The translations under genes were made by a program, and so were the position numbers. A stretch of DNA of 64,000 bases, taken from Macrostomum hystrix (taxonomy: Eukaryota > Animalia > Platyhelminthes). How positions within the stretch are numbered: position 1 is the first letter of the stretch; each line of letters begins with the position of its first letter. The stretch covers positions 6,324,001 to 6,388,000 of the forward strand of contig CATNEN010000034.1 in assembly GCA_950097015.1 (NCBI GenBank). Direction: 5' to 3'. The notes under the pieces are model-generated. The model was given only the letters and a program-made list of their open reading frames with translations. It searched no databases and had not been told where the DNA came from. Of the stretch, positions 1-12,387 are shown piece by piece.

Positions 1-475
1 AGCTGGTCGTCTTGGCAACAATAATCATAACAAACTAGAACATGCTTATTCTACAAGAGAATTATCTGAGGGGTTTCACAAGCTTTAAGCAAGAAACACA
101 CAAAACTCGCCACTTGAACTGATTCACATTCGCGGAAAGAGAATTTTCCAAACAGAATTACAACTTGCCCAACATTCTTCACTCGCTATGTAGAAAAAAA
201 ATAATTCTAATCAATGCAAAGTTTTTAAACCAGCCCCAGAACCCCCTTTAAGGCCACAACGATATCGGTTGGGGGTGATTGGATGCAGATGCAGTAAGGG
301 AGATGAGAGAAAGGCTATAAAGTTTGGAAAGATTTCAATAATTTGTTTCGCATGCTTTTTAGCAATTTTTTTTTACTTTGCATTCGAAGAACGAAACAAT
401 TTTTTAGTTGGTAAGCAAAGTCAGGTGAGACAAGCTTCTAAACCCAAAAATTAAAGCCCTTTCAATACCTCACAA

Positions 476-1600
476 CTGTCTAATCTCTCACCTGTCTCAT
501 ATCTCTCCTGTCTCATCTCTCGTCTGTCTCATCTCTCGTCTGTCTCGTCTCTTTTCTGTCTCGTCTCTCTCCATCTCATCTCTCTCCTGTCTCGTCTCTC
601 TCCTGTCTCGTCTCTTTTCTGTCTCGTCTCTCTCCTATCTCCTCTCTCTCCTGTCTCGTCTCTCTCCTGTCTCGTCTCTCTCCTGTCTCATCTCTCTCCT
701 GTCTCGTCTCTCTCCTATCTCATCTCTCTCCTGTCTCATCTCTCTCCTGTCTCGTCTCTCTCCTGTCTCGTCTCTCTCCTGTCTCATCTCTCTCCTGTCT
801 AATCTCTCTCCTGTCTCATCTCTCTCCTGTCTTATCTCTTTCCTGTCTAATCTCTCTCCTGTCTCATCTCTCTCCTGTCTTATCTCTCTCCTGTCTCATC
901 TCTCTCCTGTCTTATCTCTCTCCTGTCTCGTCTCTCTCCTGTCTCATCTCTCTCCTGTCTTATCTCTCTCCTGTCTCATCTCTCTCCTGTCTAATCTCTC
1001 TCCTGTCTCATCTCTCTCCTGTCTTATCTCTCTCCTGTCTCATCTCTCTCCTGTCTTATCTCTCTCTTGTCTCATCTCTCTCCTGTCTTATCTCTCTCCT
1101 GTCTTATCTCTCTCCTGTCTCATCTCTCTCCTGTCTTATCTCTCTTCTGTCTCATCTCTCTCCTGTCTAATCTCTCTCCTGTCTCATCTCTCTCCTGTCT
1201 CATCTCTCTCCTGTCTCATCTCTCTCCTGTCTCGTCTCTTTTCTGTCTCGTCTCTCTCCTATCTCATCTCTCTCCTGTCTTATCTCTCTCCTGTCTCGTC
1301 TCTCTCCTGTCTAATCTCTCTCCTGTCTCATCTCTCTCCTGTCTTATCTCTCTCCTGTCTCATCTCTCTCCTGTCTTATCTCTCTCCTGTCTCGTCTCTC
1401 TCCTGTCTCATCTCTTTCCTGTCTCATCGCTTTCCCAATCTCATCGCACACCCGCGTCTCGCATCTCTCCTGTCTAATCTCTCCTCTAATCTCTCCTCTA
1501 ATCTCTCCTCTAATCTCTCCTCTAATTTCTCCTCTAATTTCTCCTCTAATTTCTCCTCTAATCTCTCCTCTAATCTCTCCTCTAATCTCTCCTCTAATTT
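476..1600. repeat. CT-rich minisatellite (16-bp unit TCTCTCTCCTGTCTCA), followed at ~1474-1600 by a 12-bp unit TCTAATCTCTCC
   Basis: Tandem units read directly. The ORFs at 1067-1477 and 1424-1609 are repeat translations. Confidence 0.95.
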
Positions 1601-2435
1601 ACCCTGCAAAGCTGATCAAAATCAGTTGAATATATTTTAGAAAACAGAATACTTAAAATAATAACACGAAATAACCACAAAATGGTTTCGCCTTGCGCAG
1701 CTATTGTTGTCCGTAAGAACTGTGGCAAATCATAATAGTTATGCATAATATGCTTTTCAGTTATTCTATGACCCAGAAAACTGACAAGTTTAATGATAAA
1801 CAGTAGCGCAAAAGATACCCAGTTTAGGACAAGTTATTAAAGCTAAACAGAAGAGAAAGCCACGAAGCTGATTTTCAGCAATAGCAGCAGCAGCAGCATG
1901 GCATCGAGGTCTCGTGCACTTTTGTCATCGATATAGAAAAATAAGTGAAATACCAATGGAACAGTGCAGCAGTGAAAGTCTATTCTGAGGTGCTGGAGTG
2001 CAGAGGAACTAACACACGCCAAAAATCCTCCCACTAATAGTTACTATATGTAAAACTATTTTTAGGAACAAACCTGCGTGTGAGAAAGTTGCAGACATGA
2101 AATTAAGGTGCTAATATAATAGGACCTGCAATACTATCTATCGAGTTATAATTATGATTATATACCCGTATAATCAATTAAACAATACTGAAACAAATTG
2201 GCTATTCTATGTAGATACGAAAATTGTGTCAATCGTAGAGAAGCCACACGACTAGACCATTATATAGTAAGATTGTTGCTAAGAAAAATAAATGGCAAGA
2301 GAAAATATAGCCGCAGAAAAAAATCTGCGAGTTAAGAGAGAAACAGAATGAGACAATTGCTGATATTGTGATAAACTGATTAACATGGTGCGAAAAATTT
2401 AGAAACTAATTGAGAAAAAGTCTTCCAGATGACGA

Positions 2436-3460
2436 AAAACTGAGTCAGATAATGATAAACAGAGTCAGATAATGATAAACAGAGTGAGATAATGACAAAC
2501 AGAGTGAGATAATGACAAACAGAGTGAGATAATGACAAACAGAGTGAGATAATGACAAACAGAGTGAGATACTGAAAAAAAAATGAGTGAGATAACTGAA
2601 AAACTAAGTGAGATAATGACAAACAGAGTGAGATAACTGAAAAACTAAGTGAGATAATGAAAAACAGAGTGAGATAACTGAAAAAAACAGTGAGATACTG
2701 GAAAACAGAGTGAAATACTGAAAAACAGAGTGAGATACTGAAAAACAGAGTGAGATACTGAAAAACAGAGTGAGATACTGAAAAACAGAGTGAGATACTG
2801 AAAAACAGAGTGAGATACTGAAAAACAGAGTGAGATACTGAAAAACAGAGTGAGATACTGAAAAACAGAGTGAGATACTGAAAAACAGAGTGAGATACTG
2901 AAAAACAGAGTGAGATACTGAAAAACAGAGTGAGATACTGAAAAACAGAGTGAGATACTGAAAAACAGAGTGAGATACTGAAAAACAGAGTGAGATACTG
3001 AAAAACAGAGTGAGATACTGAAAAACAGAGTGAGATACTGAAAAACACAGTGAGATACTGAAAAACAGAGTGAGATACTGAAAAACAGAGTGAGATACTG
3101 AAAAACAGAGTGAGATACTGAAAAACAGAGTGAGATACTGAAAAACAGAGTGAGATACTGAAAAACAGAGTGAGATACTGAAAAACAGAGTGAGATACTG
3201 AAAAACAGAGTGAGATACTGAAAAACACAGTGAGATACTGAAAAACAGAGTGAGATACTGAAAAAACAGAGTGAGATACTGAAAAAACAGAGTGAGATAC
3301 TGAAAAACAGAGTGAGATACTGAAAAACAGAGTGAGATACTGAAAAACAGAGTGAGATACTGAAAAACAGAGTGAGATACTGAAAAACAGAGTGAGATAC
3401 TGAAAAACACAGTGAGATACTGAAAAACACAGTGAGATACTGAAAAACAGAGTGAGATAC
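2436..3460. repeat. 20-bp tandem repeat GAGTGAGATACTGAAAAACA
   Basis: Roughly 40-50 near-identical units, with more diverged units at the left end. Confidence 0.95.
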
Positions 3461-4101
3461 AAATATAATCAACTGGCTAATATTAAAAGTACATTAGCTA
3501 ACATGAAAGTCAAGAATCGGATCGATTGTATAAGCAGTGTTACAATTTGCTTGTTCCTTTTGGGAAACCACAGGTAGAGAATGGATTGCAAGTAGTGCAA
3601 AACGATGGAATGTAGACTTGCATTTTCCTCATTGACAGTGATCGATATGACGGCATAATACAACCGGACGTATACCGCGGAAATATGAATTCTTACACTG
3701 CGCGAAAGCACATGGCTAATTGGTGTGTTTTTGGCATCCTGGGGTGTGCCAATCCCACGCGGGACAATGGAAACTTCTATAGATGCCTGGTTACGACCCA
3801 AGTTCCTCCTTCAGGAAAATTCAACATATTTATTTCTTTAATTTTATTTATTTATTTAAGCTTCTTTAAAAATAATACCTTCTATAGCTCCTCATCACTC
3901 CAGGAGGTCATGAGTTCGAATTTCAGCCCCTGGGAAACAATCAGTGTTTTCCTACTACACGACACTTCACTACTTATTGCTTCAGTTCACTATGAAAGGG
4001 TATTTGCCCTAGGGATTGGGAAGCAAAGATTTCCCTACTGTCGCGAAGCCAAGCTTTCTCTAGTAAAATAAAGATCAATAAAAAGACACGGAACAACTCA
4101 C

Positions 4102-7100
4102 TGCCAATCTGTTTGCCAAGTTGTTTGTCGTTGTAGAGCCAGTGCTAAAAGAAAAAGAAAAAAAACACGATGCGGTATAATGAGACAGGCTGCGAATGTT
4201 GGCAATATAGATAGGAAAATCTAAAATCCAGATTTTAGATCTAAAGGTTTTGATCCATCTAGAATTGATATAGGTTCCCAGGCCGACCCTCCTTCAGCTC
4301 TCACTCTCAGCCTGCGAGCTAAATCCCAACTGACAGATCCCATCTTCGCCTGGCCACTCAAAAATCCATCAAATCTGTGCTCAAAGCCTTTAACAAACTA
4401 TATATACTCGGTCATTCCATGTATAATACAAATGATTATGACTATAATTAGTAAGCTGCGAATGAGAAAATAAATTGAATTAGAAACTCGGGTCACATAA
4501 AGGTGAGGATTGGTCACGTGAGACGACTGATTGAACAATGAAGGAAAAAGTATATTATTCGCATCTTTTCGATCTAGGAAGAGGAAGGCCACACAAAAAC
4601 ACAAGCTAAATAACTTCATTTGGAAATGGGGTATGGATGGAAAGCGGGCGGCTGATGCTAAAGTTTGTCAGTTAATTGGCAATCACTGTTCTAGGCTGCG
4701 CTGTGGGTGGAGGCAATTTAGCAATGGCTAAGGGGAAAACGATAGAAATAGAACAGAGTCCCACCCTATATATTCGTTTTTTCCCCAGATAGGATTGACC
4801 AAGTGATGACTTCATTTAACCCATAGAGGTCTTCAAAAATTCCCAATTCCCAAAACGAGCTAGAGTCTCATTTTGTAGCTTGTAGTTAAAAACTTATTTC
4901 GGGTATCAGGAATCAGGGTATTCAGGAGAGTCATTGGGTATTCAGGAGAGTCATTAGGTATTCAGGAGAGTTATTCGGTATTCAGGAGAGTCATTGGGTA
5001 TTCAGGATAGTCATTGGGTATTCAGGAGAGTCATTGGGTATTCAGGAGAGTCATTGGGTATTCAGGAGAGTCATTGGGTATTCAGGAGAGTCATTGGGTA
5101 TTCAGGAGAGTCATTGGGTATTCAGGAGAGTTATTGGGTATTCAGGAGAGTCATTGGGTATTCAGGATAGTCATTGGGCATTCAGGAGAGTCATTGGGTA
5201 TTCAGGAGAGTCATTGGGTATTCAGGAGAGTCGTTGGGTATTCAGGATAGTCATTGGGTATTCAGGAGAGTCATTGGGTATTCAGGAGAGTCATTTGGTA
5301 TTCAGGAGAGTCATTGGGTATTCAGGATTAAGAGTACCTGTTTTTTAGATTGCTGTACACAAAAATCAGGGGAAATACAACAAAGACGGAAAGTACTCAC
5401 AAAGACGTGCGTGGCGTCGCGATAGCACAGGCCGAAGTACTCCTTCTCGCGGAGGCAGAGAAATTTGCACGTCTCATCGAACAGATCCTGCGCCTTGGAG
5501 GTTGGCTGCGGAAGGAAATTTAAAGCTTCAGGAGGCTGGAAAGCTTCAGGAGGCTGGAAAGCTTCAGGAGGCTGGAAAGCTTCAGGAGGCTGGAAAGCTT
5601 CAGGAGGCTGGAAAGCTTCAGGAGGCTGGAAAGCTTCAGGAGGCTGGAAAGCTTCAGGAGGCTGGAAAGCTTCAGGAGGCTGGAAAGCTTCAGGAGGCTG
5701 GAAAGCTTCAGGAGGCTGGAAAGCTTCAGGAGGCTGGAAAGCTTCAGGAGGCTGGGAAGCTTCAGTAGGCTTGGATTTTCCCAATGAACACTGAAAGCTG
5801 TGAAAATTCAGCTAGGAAAAACGCTTTAAAACGAGACAGCAATCGGTCAGACTCATCGATTCTACTAACATCGACTTCGAACGAGTTTACTGAGCCGTCC
5901 AGCATGACAACCAGGCATTCGCGCATTTTCACCGAGCCCAGGCGCCGGAGTAGTTTGCCGCCGCCGCCCTCTGACTGTCGCTGCAGTGTCGGCGCGCCCG
6001 GCTGTACAGGCAGGCCGTGATCGCGCAGAGTATAGTACTCCCGCTTCGAGATGGTGTCAGCCTCGTTAGCTGGCTCGCTCAGAGACCTGCCAGAGCGGCT
6101 GTCGCTGTACGGCAGTGTCCGTAGCTGCTGCTGCTGAGGATGGCGCGGCTGGACATCGTGATCATCCTCTTCGGTGTCTGGCATTGCAGATGCTGAGGTT
6201 CCCGGATTGTCTTGAGTAGCTGCGAGCTCAGCTGAGCTGGCAACAGCTTGATTGTGAGCTTCCTCCTGCAGATTGTGCAGAGGATTTGAGGATTGAGAAT
6301 TTGAGCAAGAGATCAGCATTCCCATACTAAGATAAAAAGATAAAAAAACTTCAATTTAAGTAATACAAAATAACAAATATGTATAATTAATTGAAAGTAA
6401 TATACATAAAAGTCATTCTGCATAAGACTTCTTGCAGTATATAAGATAGAAATTGAGATATCAAAATGTTATCTTTTGATAAAACACAAGTAATCAAGCC
6501 AAAATTTAGAATTTTATTCTAAACTGTTTTGATGCTACCCATATAGACTTTAGTACTCTTGTTTTACAATGAATCATCAAAAACATAAGTATAGCTGCAG
6601 TTGCATTAAAATGTTGAACTGATAATAAATGTATTCAATTATACTGCATAATTATCTAATAACAATCCATAGCACTAAACTAACATTTTTGTATTAAAAA
6701 ATAATTTATGTATATAAAGTTAAAAAATATATTATTTTCAAGAAACAGAAGCCATAGATATGATTTGAATTTGTAAACATTACTGTCATTTTGTTGCTAC
6801 AGTAAATTGAATATAATACAGTCAATACCATCAAATAGGGATAGCAGCACCAATACATGTCCAAATTTTCAGGAATATACTACTTGATCCTGACTATTGT
6901 ATATAACCTTATACTATTTTGATGAGCTAGCTACTGGCACATTAAAAAAACCCGTACAGACTCTAAAGTTATTTTTTTCTTTAATATACATTTAATTTTA
7001 GAATAATTAGTAACAGCTACTTCTATTTACTACATTTATCTATACTTAGCAAAATAAGTTAAATTATAACATCATTCTAATGGGTTCTAAATAGGTTTAC

Positions 7101-10100
7101 TTAACTTGGGTTACTCATTTTAAATATATTGTAATGGGCTCAAAAAGCGAGGCAAAAAAACAACACAAGCAAGGGTAATCAAGTTACTGGATTGGACTTA
7201 GTAGCTATAGATTTTGAGTTCATTAATAAAATAATGAATTCTTGTCCATTCGCTCTACTATTGAGGATTTATACAGCTAATCTGGAATTAAAAAATCGGC
7301 TATTAAACTATTCATTGTGCAGCTAATTTAACACTGAAATTTTCTGGACAAAAATTTGTTTTGAAACGTTGTTACTGCAAGTCGCAGTGTTCGATGAATT
7401 ACTTCGAAAGATAGGCTGAGTCAAAATCAGAAAAATGACAAATAATCTTTTCTTTTCTTTGTTGCTTCCATAAGCAAGAGAAGATAGACATTTTTGCACA
7501 AGATGTACTATGAGAATCGATCGAATGTCTCCTTAAAGTTTTCGAAAAGTTATGGTTCCACCAGGTGATCGTCGTCTGCGATTTATTTTAAAGCAGATTT
7601 CTTAAAGCAGATAGCAGATAGTAGAAAGCAGATTTCTTTGAAAAAAAATTACTAAGATTAAATTTTTTATTTTACGTATTATCACAAATTTCTCGTTATT
7701 TACGCAATACAATCTAAATTAAAAATGATAACATATAAAATTTATAAATTTAACATAGACTTGGAAAGGATTTGAACTCGCTTGTGCCATGGGAGTATGC
7801 TTAAGTAACATTCACCTATGAAAATTCATATGAAGCATGTGGGAAAACGTATATGTCGGAGATGTGAACGTTCATATTTTGCCCATGTTGGTTTTAACTT
7901 CTATTAGAACTAAGTACTTGAATTTCGCCCGCGGGGAGGGGGATGCTTGTGTGTACCCGATTAGTAACTTCAATTTCGTCCGCGAGACAAGCCTGCCCAA
8001 GTTAGAGTAAATCAATTTCACTAAATGTAACTTCTTTTTCGCCTCTTCAGCACAGCGATTTGTGTTTGCGTCCGCTCTGTGAATATTGAATTTGTCCTTG
8101 CCTTTGATCTTCGCCGACGCCGCCACCGACTCCGCCGCAATTATATTATATTAACTCTGTCGAGTGTCGAGAGATTTGTGGTCCTGTGAATTTATGATCA
8201 TGTAGCACAGAATCACAATAAAAATTTCAGCTAATTGGATAACGCCGACACCTTGCCATCCAGCCGCTCTTGAAGCTCCAATATTTTTGGAGCGACAATG
8301 CGAGCTCTTTTTGTTGTTTCTCTCCCACTTAGTGTCTTGCCTGAGACGTCAAATATATACATTTAAAGTACAGGCCCATCATGGCCTATATTAATGTTTG
8401 AAGCCGGATGAAAAAAATAATGCAAGACGAAATGGAAGTTACTCTTTTTGAAATTGATTTACTCTAGCTCGGGCAGGCCGGTCTGAAATTTAAGTTACGA
8501 TTGAAGTCCGACTACTAAGTTTTATAGTCCGTAGACAGGCACTAGATGATCAGCAGCGAAATGTGAATTGTGCATAACAGCTAGCTGAAGCAAACGTGAA
8601 ATTGCAACCTGCATATTCTCCGGAAGCATTATCAATAATGAAAGAATTATATAATTGATGGCGTTGGGCGTCTATTTTGAGAAATCCGAGCTGCCGCTGT
8701 TGACTAATTAGTCATTTGCAAAAAGGAATTATTGCTTAAATTTATAGCTCATCTAGATCATCTAAAATTATAATTAGATACTACTGTGAATCGATTACTA
8801 CTGTTCAGCCAATCCTGATTGTTATGCATGCATAAGTGCAGTAAACTTGTGGATTAATTATAGCAGGCGAATTAAAGACTAACTCAAACTTCTGCTACAG
8901 CTTTTTTTCAAAGATTTGCGCTCTGATCAAAGCTCCTGTAAGTCCGTTAAGCTCGGCTGATTGACGACTGCATGAGCAGCTATAGATGAACTACAGCTGG
9001 TTTACTCTGACTGTTACAGTTAATTCTGATCCGCCCACTTACTTGCATGCAGCGTCCCCCAAACCGCGGCCTCTTGGGGGTTCGAGGTTAAGGGCAACAG
9101 ACGTCTCCGTGGGTTTTAGGTGAGCTGAAGAAGAAGACGGCGCGGGTGCTGCACACGAGGAAATTGATTGCCAACTAGGCCAAAGCCGCCTAGCTGTCGT
9201 CATCAGCATTCTCTTGATTCCATTTTCTTTCTCCTCTGAGTTGCTTTCTCTCTATTTCGTCTTGTATAAGTTCGATTTTCTAACGGACTCCCGCGCGAAC
9301 TCCATGCACAGCGGCTGAGCAAGACCTCGATAAAGCTTGATACATATGTATACATTGATATATCGTCCGATATTGCTTTTTACCTCTTCATACCTATAAG
9401 TGATGTCGAGTTTTCTAATTGTACTTGTTAAACAAAGAAACTAAAAGAAACTAATAATGATTAAATTACTGCTACAATAGGACGAATTGAGAAGCGTATA
9501 ATTTGTGCTTCTCAATTCGTTGAGAAGCTATAGCCTAATACCCAGTCATAACTTGGAAACACATAGAACGGACAAAGCGAAGGTGGCATACATTTTTCTG
9601 GTCACAGCGAAAAGATTATCGCTCTTTAAGAGCAAAAGTAAAATCATTTCGAAAAGTGGCCTTCAAAATTTTCTCCATAGTTTTCGAGTGTTGCAATATA
9701 TATTTACCTTATTGCGTCAATGTCAGAAGATGGAAATTGACGTCACACACTGTACCAAGAGCCGCAGATATTGTACGACACACCCAAAGGCTGCATTCAG
9801 GTGATTAGTCCATGGACGCAAATAACGCCGATCTATTCGTTAAGGCTTAACGCTCTAGCTAGCTGTTCAATCTACAATCTAGGAGCTACAAATCAGGTAC
9901 TACTAAATACTCTGTATTAAGTAGTATTTAGTAGTATTTAGTATTTTATAGTAGTCCCCGATACAAATAGAGCATTATTTCACTGCTCACCTTGTGCAGC
10001 TCGTAATTCCTGTGCAGGAAGCCATGGCTGAGCGGTCTCGATGGCCTACAGAACTCCCTAAACAGTCGATATTCGGGAATTACTTCGCATACTGGTGTAC

Positions 10101-10278
10101 AGGACTGCGGCGACTGCCGCGACTGAGGCCCGCCGGCGGATGTCGAATCGCAGCTGCGAGACCAGACAAGGCGAAACGGTTGCAGAGTAGAACTGGATTG
10201 ATTTAGCTGCTGCTGCTGCTGCTGCTGGCTGCAGCTAGCACTGCGCACAAATTCAACGACGCTTACAATGCGCCGCAT
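4102..10278 (-). CDS. FERM-domain protein, 5' exons; long low-complexity N-terminus before the FERM F1 lobe; later exons not resolved
   Basis: Phase-compatible GT-AG exons 10278-9991 (AAG|gtgagc), 6265-5870 (ctgcag|GAG ... GAT|gttagt), 5505-5401 and 4144-4102. They give ...CLVVMLDGSVNSFEVD-PTSKAQDLFDETCKFLCLREKEYFGLCYRDATHVF-HWLYNDKQLGKQIG, the classic FERM_N signature (E-x-x-YFGL ... WL). First exon is less certain. Confidence 0.8.
4917..5326. repeat. 20-bp tandem repeat GGTATTCAGGAGAGTCATTG in FERM intron
   Basis: About 20 units read directly. Confidence 0.95.
5522..5767. repeat. 18-bp tandem repeat GCTTCAGGAGGCTGGAAA in FERM intron
   Basis: About 13-14 identical units filling most of intron 5506-5869. 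Confidence 0.95.
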
Positions 10279-10564
10279 ATTTGCTATATTTGCTAATTTT
10301 CATATTATCCGAGTTTTGTGTTTTGGATTATGGCGAGTTGTTTCTTAGAAAATCGGTTTTAAGAGGCTTCTTATAAGGTGTCGGGCGATTCTCGCCCAGA
10401 TCTAGCCAATGAATGAACTTCGTAGGGCCGATCAGATGCACCGCTTATAGTTATGATAGTATTTTTTCTTCTGAGAGCTTACAGCCAATAAAAGAAAATG
10501 AATTCGAAAATAAGTTGTATATTTACATCGAATTTAGTTGTTAAAATTGCATAGGTATTCGGTC

Positions 10565-11285
10565 TGTAAAGTGTTACAAACGCGCTTTACTTGGGCGCAA
10601 ACGAAAGCCGCAGCGCCAGAAGAGTCCGGGTCGATGCAGCGTCAGCCATCCCACCAGGCAGTCGACGAAGTGACGAGTTCAAGCTTGGTTGCGGCGGTAG
10701 GGTGCGTGCCGCTTGAGCAGCAGCACCTTCTGCATCGGCTGTGGGATTAAGTAGGACTCGGCGCGGATGATGTGGCCTGCCAGCTGAAGTAGCCGACGAC
10801 GCTGCAGATCTTCGCGGAGGTTTTAGGTACCATACCAATGAGGTATAGAAGAACTGCTGCCTGCAGGTCGATCAGCACTTCGACAGAAAACTGCGGCCTC
10901 GAAGTCGCCCGGCACGCAGAGCTCGCCGGTCTTCCTTGTAGTAGAACGTTAAAGTTGACGTAGACGTATTCGCTACGTCTACTTAACGTGTAGTAGTCCT
11001 TGTGTACTCGCAAGCACACTACGCTGAGGGTTGATTTCGTCGCTGTTGGAAGCCATCTGCGTCGGTAGGAAGAGCATTTCGCAGCACCCAGTCAAACATT
11101 AGGACGAACCGGAACGTTTCTAGCGGGTCCCGTAGGTTTATATAGTATATCGGCAGAATTAGAGTCCGACAGCGTGTTCGCTGCGTCATCTCACAGCTGC
11201 TCTCGTAGCACAGTACAATTTCATGATGGCGGATATCACCGGCCCTGGTACATACGAGGGAGCACATGTTGGAGTGCAGCCCTGG
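10565..11285 (-). mobile_element. Decayed 3' fragment of an RTE-like non-LTR retrotransposon
   Basis: Frameshifted minus-strand translation gives LQRRRLLQLAGHIIRAESY...KVLLL...PYRRNQA*TRHFVDCL, resembling the post-RT C-terminal motif (R-R-L-x-x-x-GH-x-x-R) of RTE-type ORFs. Contains multiple stops and frameshifts. Confidence 0.55.
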
Positions 11286-11509
11286 TGAGTGAGTCAATGC
11301 AGATCGTTTAATGTCTATAAAATTTCCAAAAAACAGCAGCTTAAAAATATAGAAAAATTTGTAATGCAGACTACGTACTACTGTTTATGTATCTATTTTC
11401 AAGACTCAAGACTCGTCAGACTCGTATATGTACTAACTGCACATGTCGTACTGTCCATGTAAACGAAATTATACTTTAAATAAAGAAATAAATAAATAAG
11501 CGTAATATG

Positions 11510-11650
11510 CGAGGGGTGTCCAAAAAGTCTTAGGACTTTTTCACATAACTCTTTTCAACTGCTAGCAAGAGTAATAGCAACAAATTTATTTTATATCGGC
11601 TTTATTTGCAAATGAGAGTTAAAGAATTTAAAAAATATCACTACTTGTTC
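11510..11650 (+). mobile_element. Mariner/Tc1-like MITE fragment interrupted by the LINE (continues at ~17789-17810)
   Basis: Begins CGAGGGGTGTCCAAAAAGT (mariner-like terminus). Internal ACATAACTCTTTT is an inverted near-match to AAAAGTTATGT immediately after the right TSD. Confidence 0.4.
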
Positions 11651-12387
11651 GCTCGCACCGGCGGGACACAGCGCCTGTGAGGTATGAGTCAGACCAGGCC
11701 CACGGGCTAAGGTCTGCGATGCCTCACACCTGCAGTCGCTTTTTGAGCAGGCTTGGCAGGAAGGAGACCTGTGCCTTCGGGTGCAGGAATCCCTCCACGC
11801 TGTCCCGTCAGCTGACCCATGGGTACACGCCCCGCGAGTGTTCAAGGCTGCCCCTAGGGCAGCCGGACAGAATGGGCAACAGCGCTGGATGACCCATCCA
11901 GGGCCTCTGGCCAAACTGGGTACCTCTAGCCCCGGCTGGAGGGAAAGGTGCCACCCTTTGACCTTAACAGGGTATGCGGCCAGTCCGCAACGTTCGTGTA
12001 CCTGTGCGTGATCAGGTACCTCTGGCTACGGCTCTGAGGGAAAGGTGTCACCCATTGACCTTAACAGGGTATGCGGCCAGTCCGCAGCTTCGTGCACCTG
12101 TGCGTGATCAGGTACCTCTGGCTACGGCTCTGAGGAAATGGTACTACCCTTTGACCCTAACAGGGTATGCGGCCAGTCCGCAGGCCTCGGTACCGGCCTT
12201 TTGGTACCCTCTAATGTCCCCAGTGCATCCGTGCTGCTGGGCTTTGCCGGACTTCAGTCCGCGCTTTGGTTGGGGAGTATTCCAGCCGCTAACGGTGCCT
12301 TTTTGCTGCTCCCGGCTGGCTTGGGGTGTCGGCCAGTCGGGCTTTTCTCACTCGTGTAACGAGCAGCCCCCCATCTGCTTTTCAGCC

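Noticed and set aside
3706-3810. THAP-like start (MANWCVFGILGCAN...NFYRC) on the plus strand
   Set aside because: Only a loose C-x-x-x-x-x-GC...FYR resemblance; the downstream THAP Cys/His residues are missing.
3885-3930. tRNA-like fragments (also 7765-7790 and 32470-32515)
   Set aside because: B-box/T-arm only, no cloverleaf; SINE or tRNA debris rather than tRNA genes.
1067-5794. Long repetitive ORFs (SHLSPVLSL, FSISLCFSVSH, GIQESHWVFRR, PPEAFQ, GGWKAS)
   Set aside because: Translations of intronic or intergenic minisatellites, open in several frames, with no signal, splice or codon evidence.
11400-11445. Hammerhead-like CTGACGA...GAAA strings (also in the SINE at ~22990-23010)
   Set aside because: Stems II and III and the NUH cleavage triplet cannot be formed.
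11919-12110. Twister-ribozyme-like arrangement across LINE monomers (UAA...GAGGG)
   Set aside because: The L4 CCAAGC-type conserved loop and P4 are not matched; kept only as a generic structured repeat.
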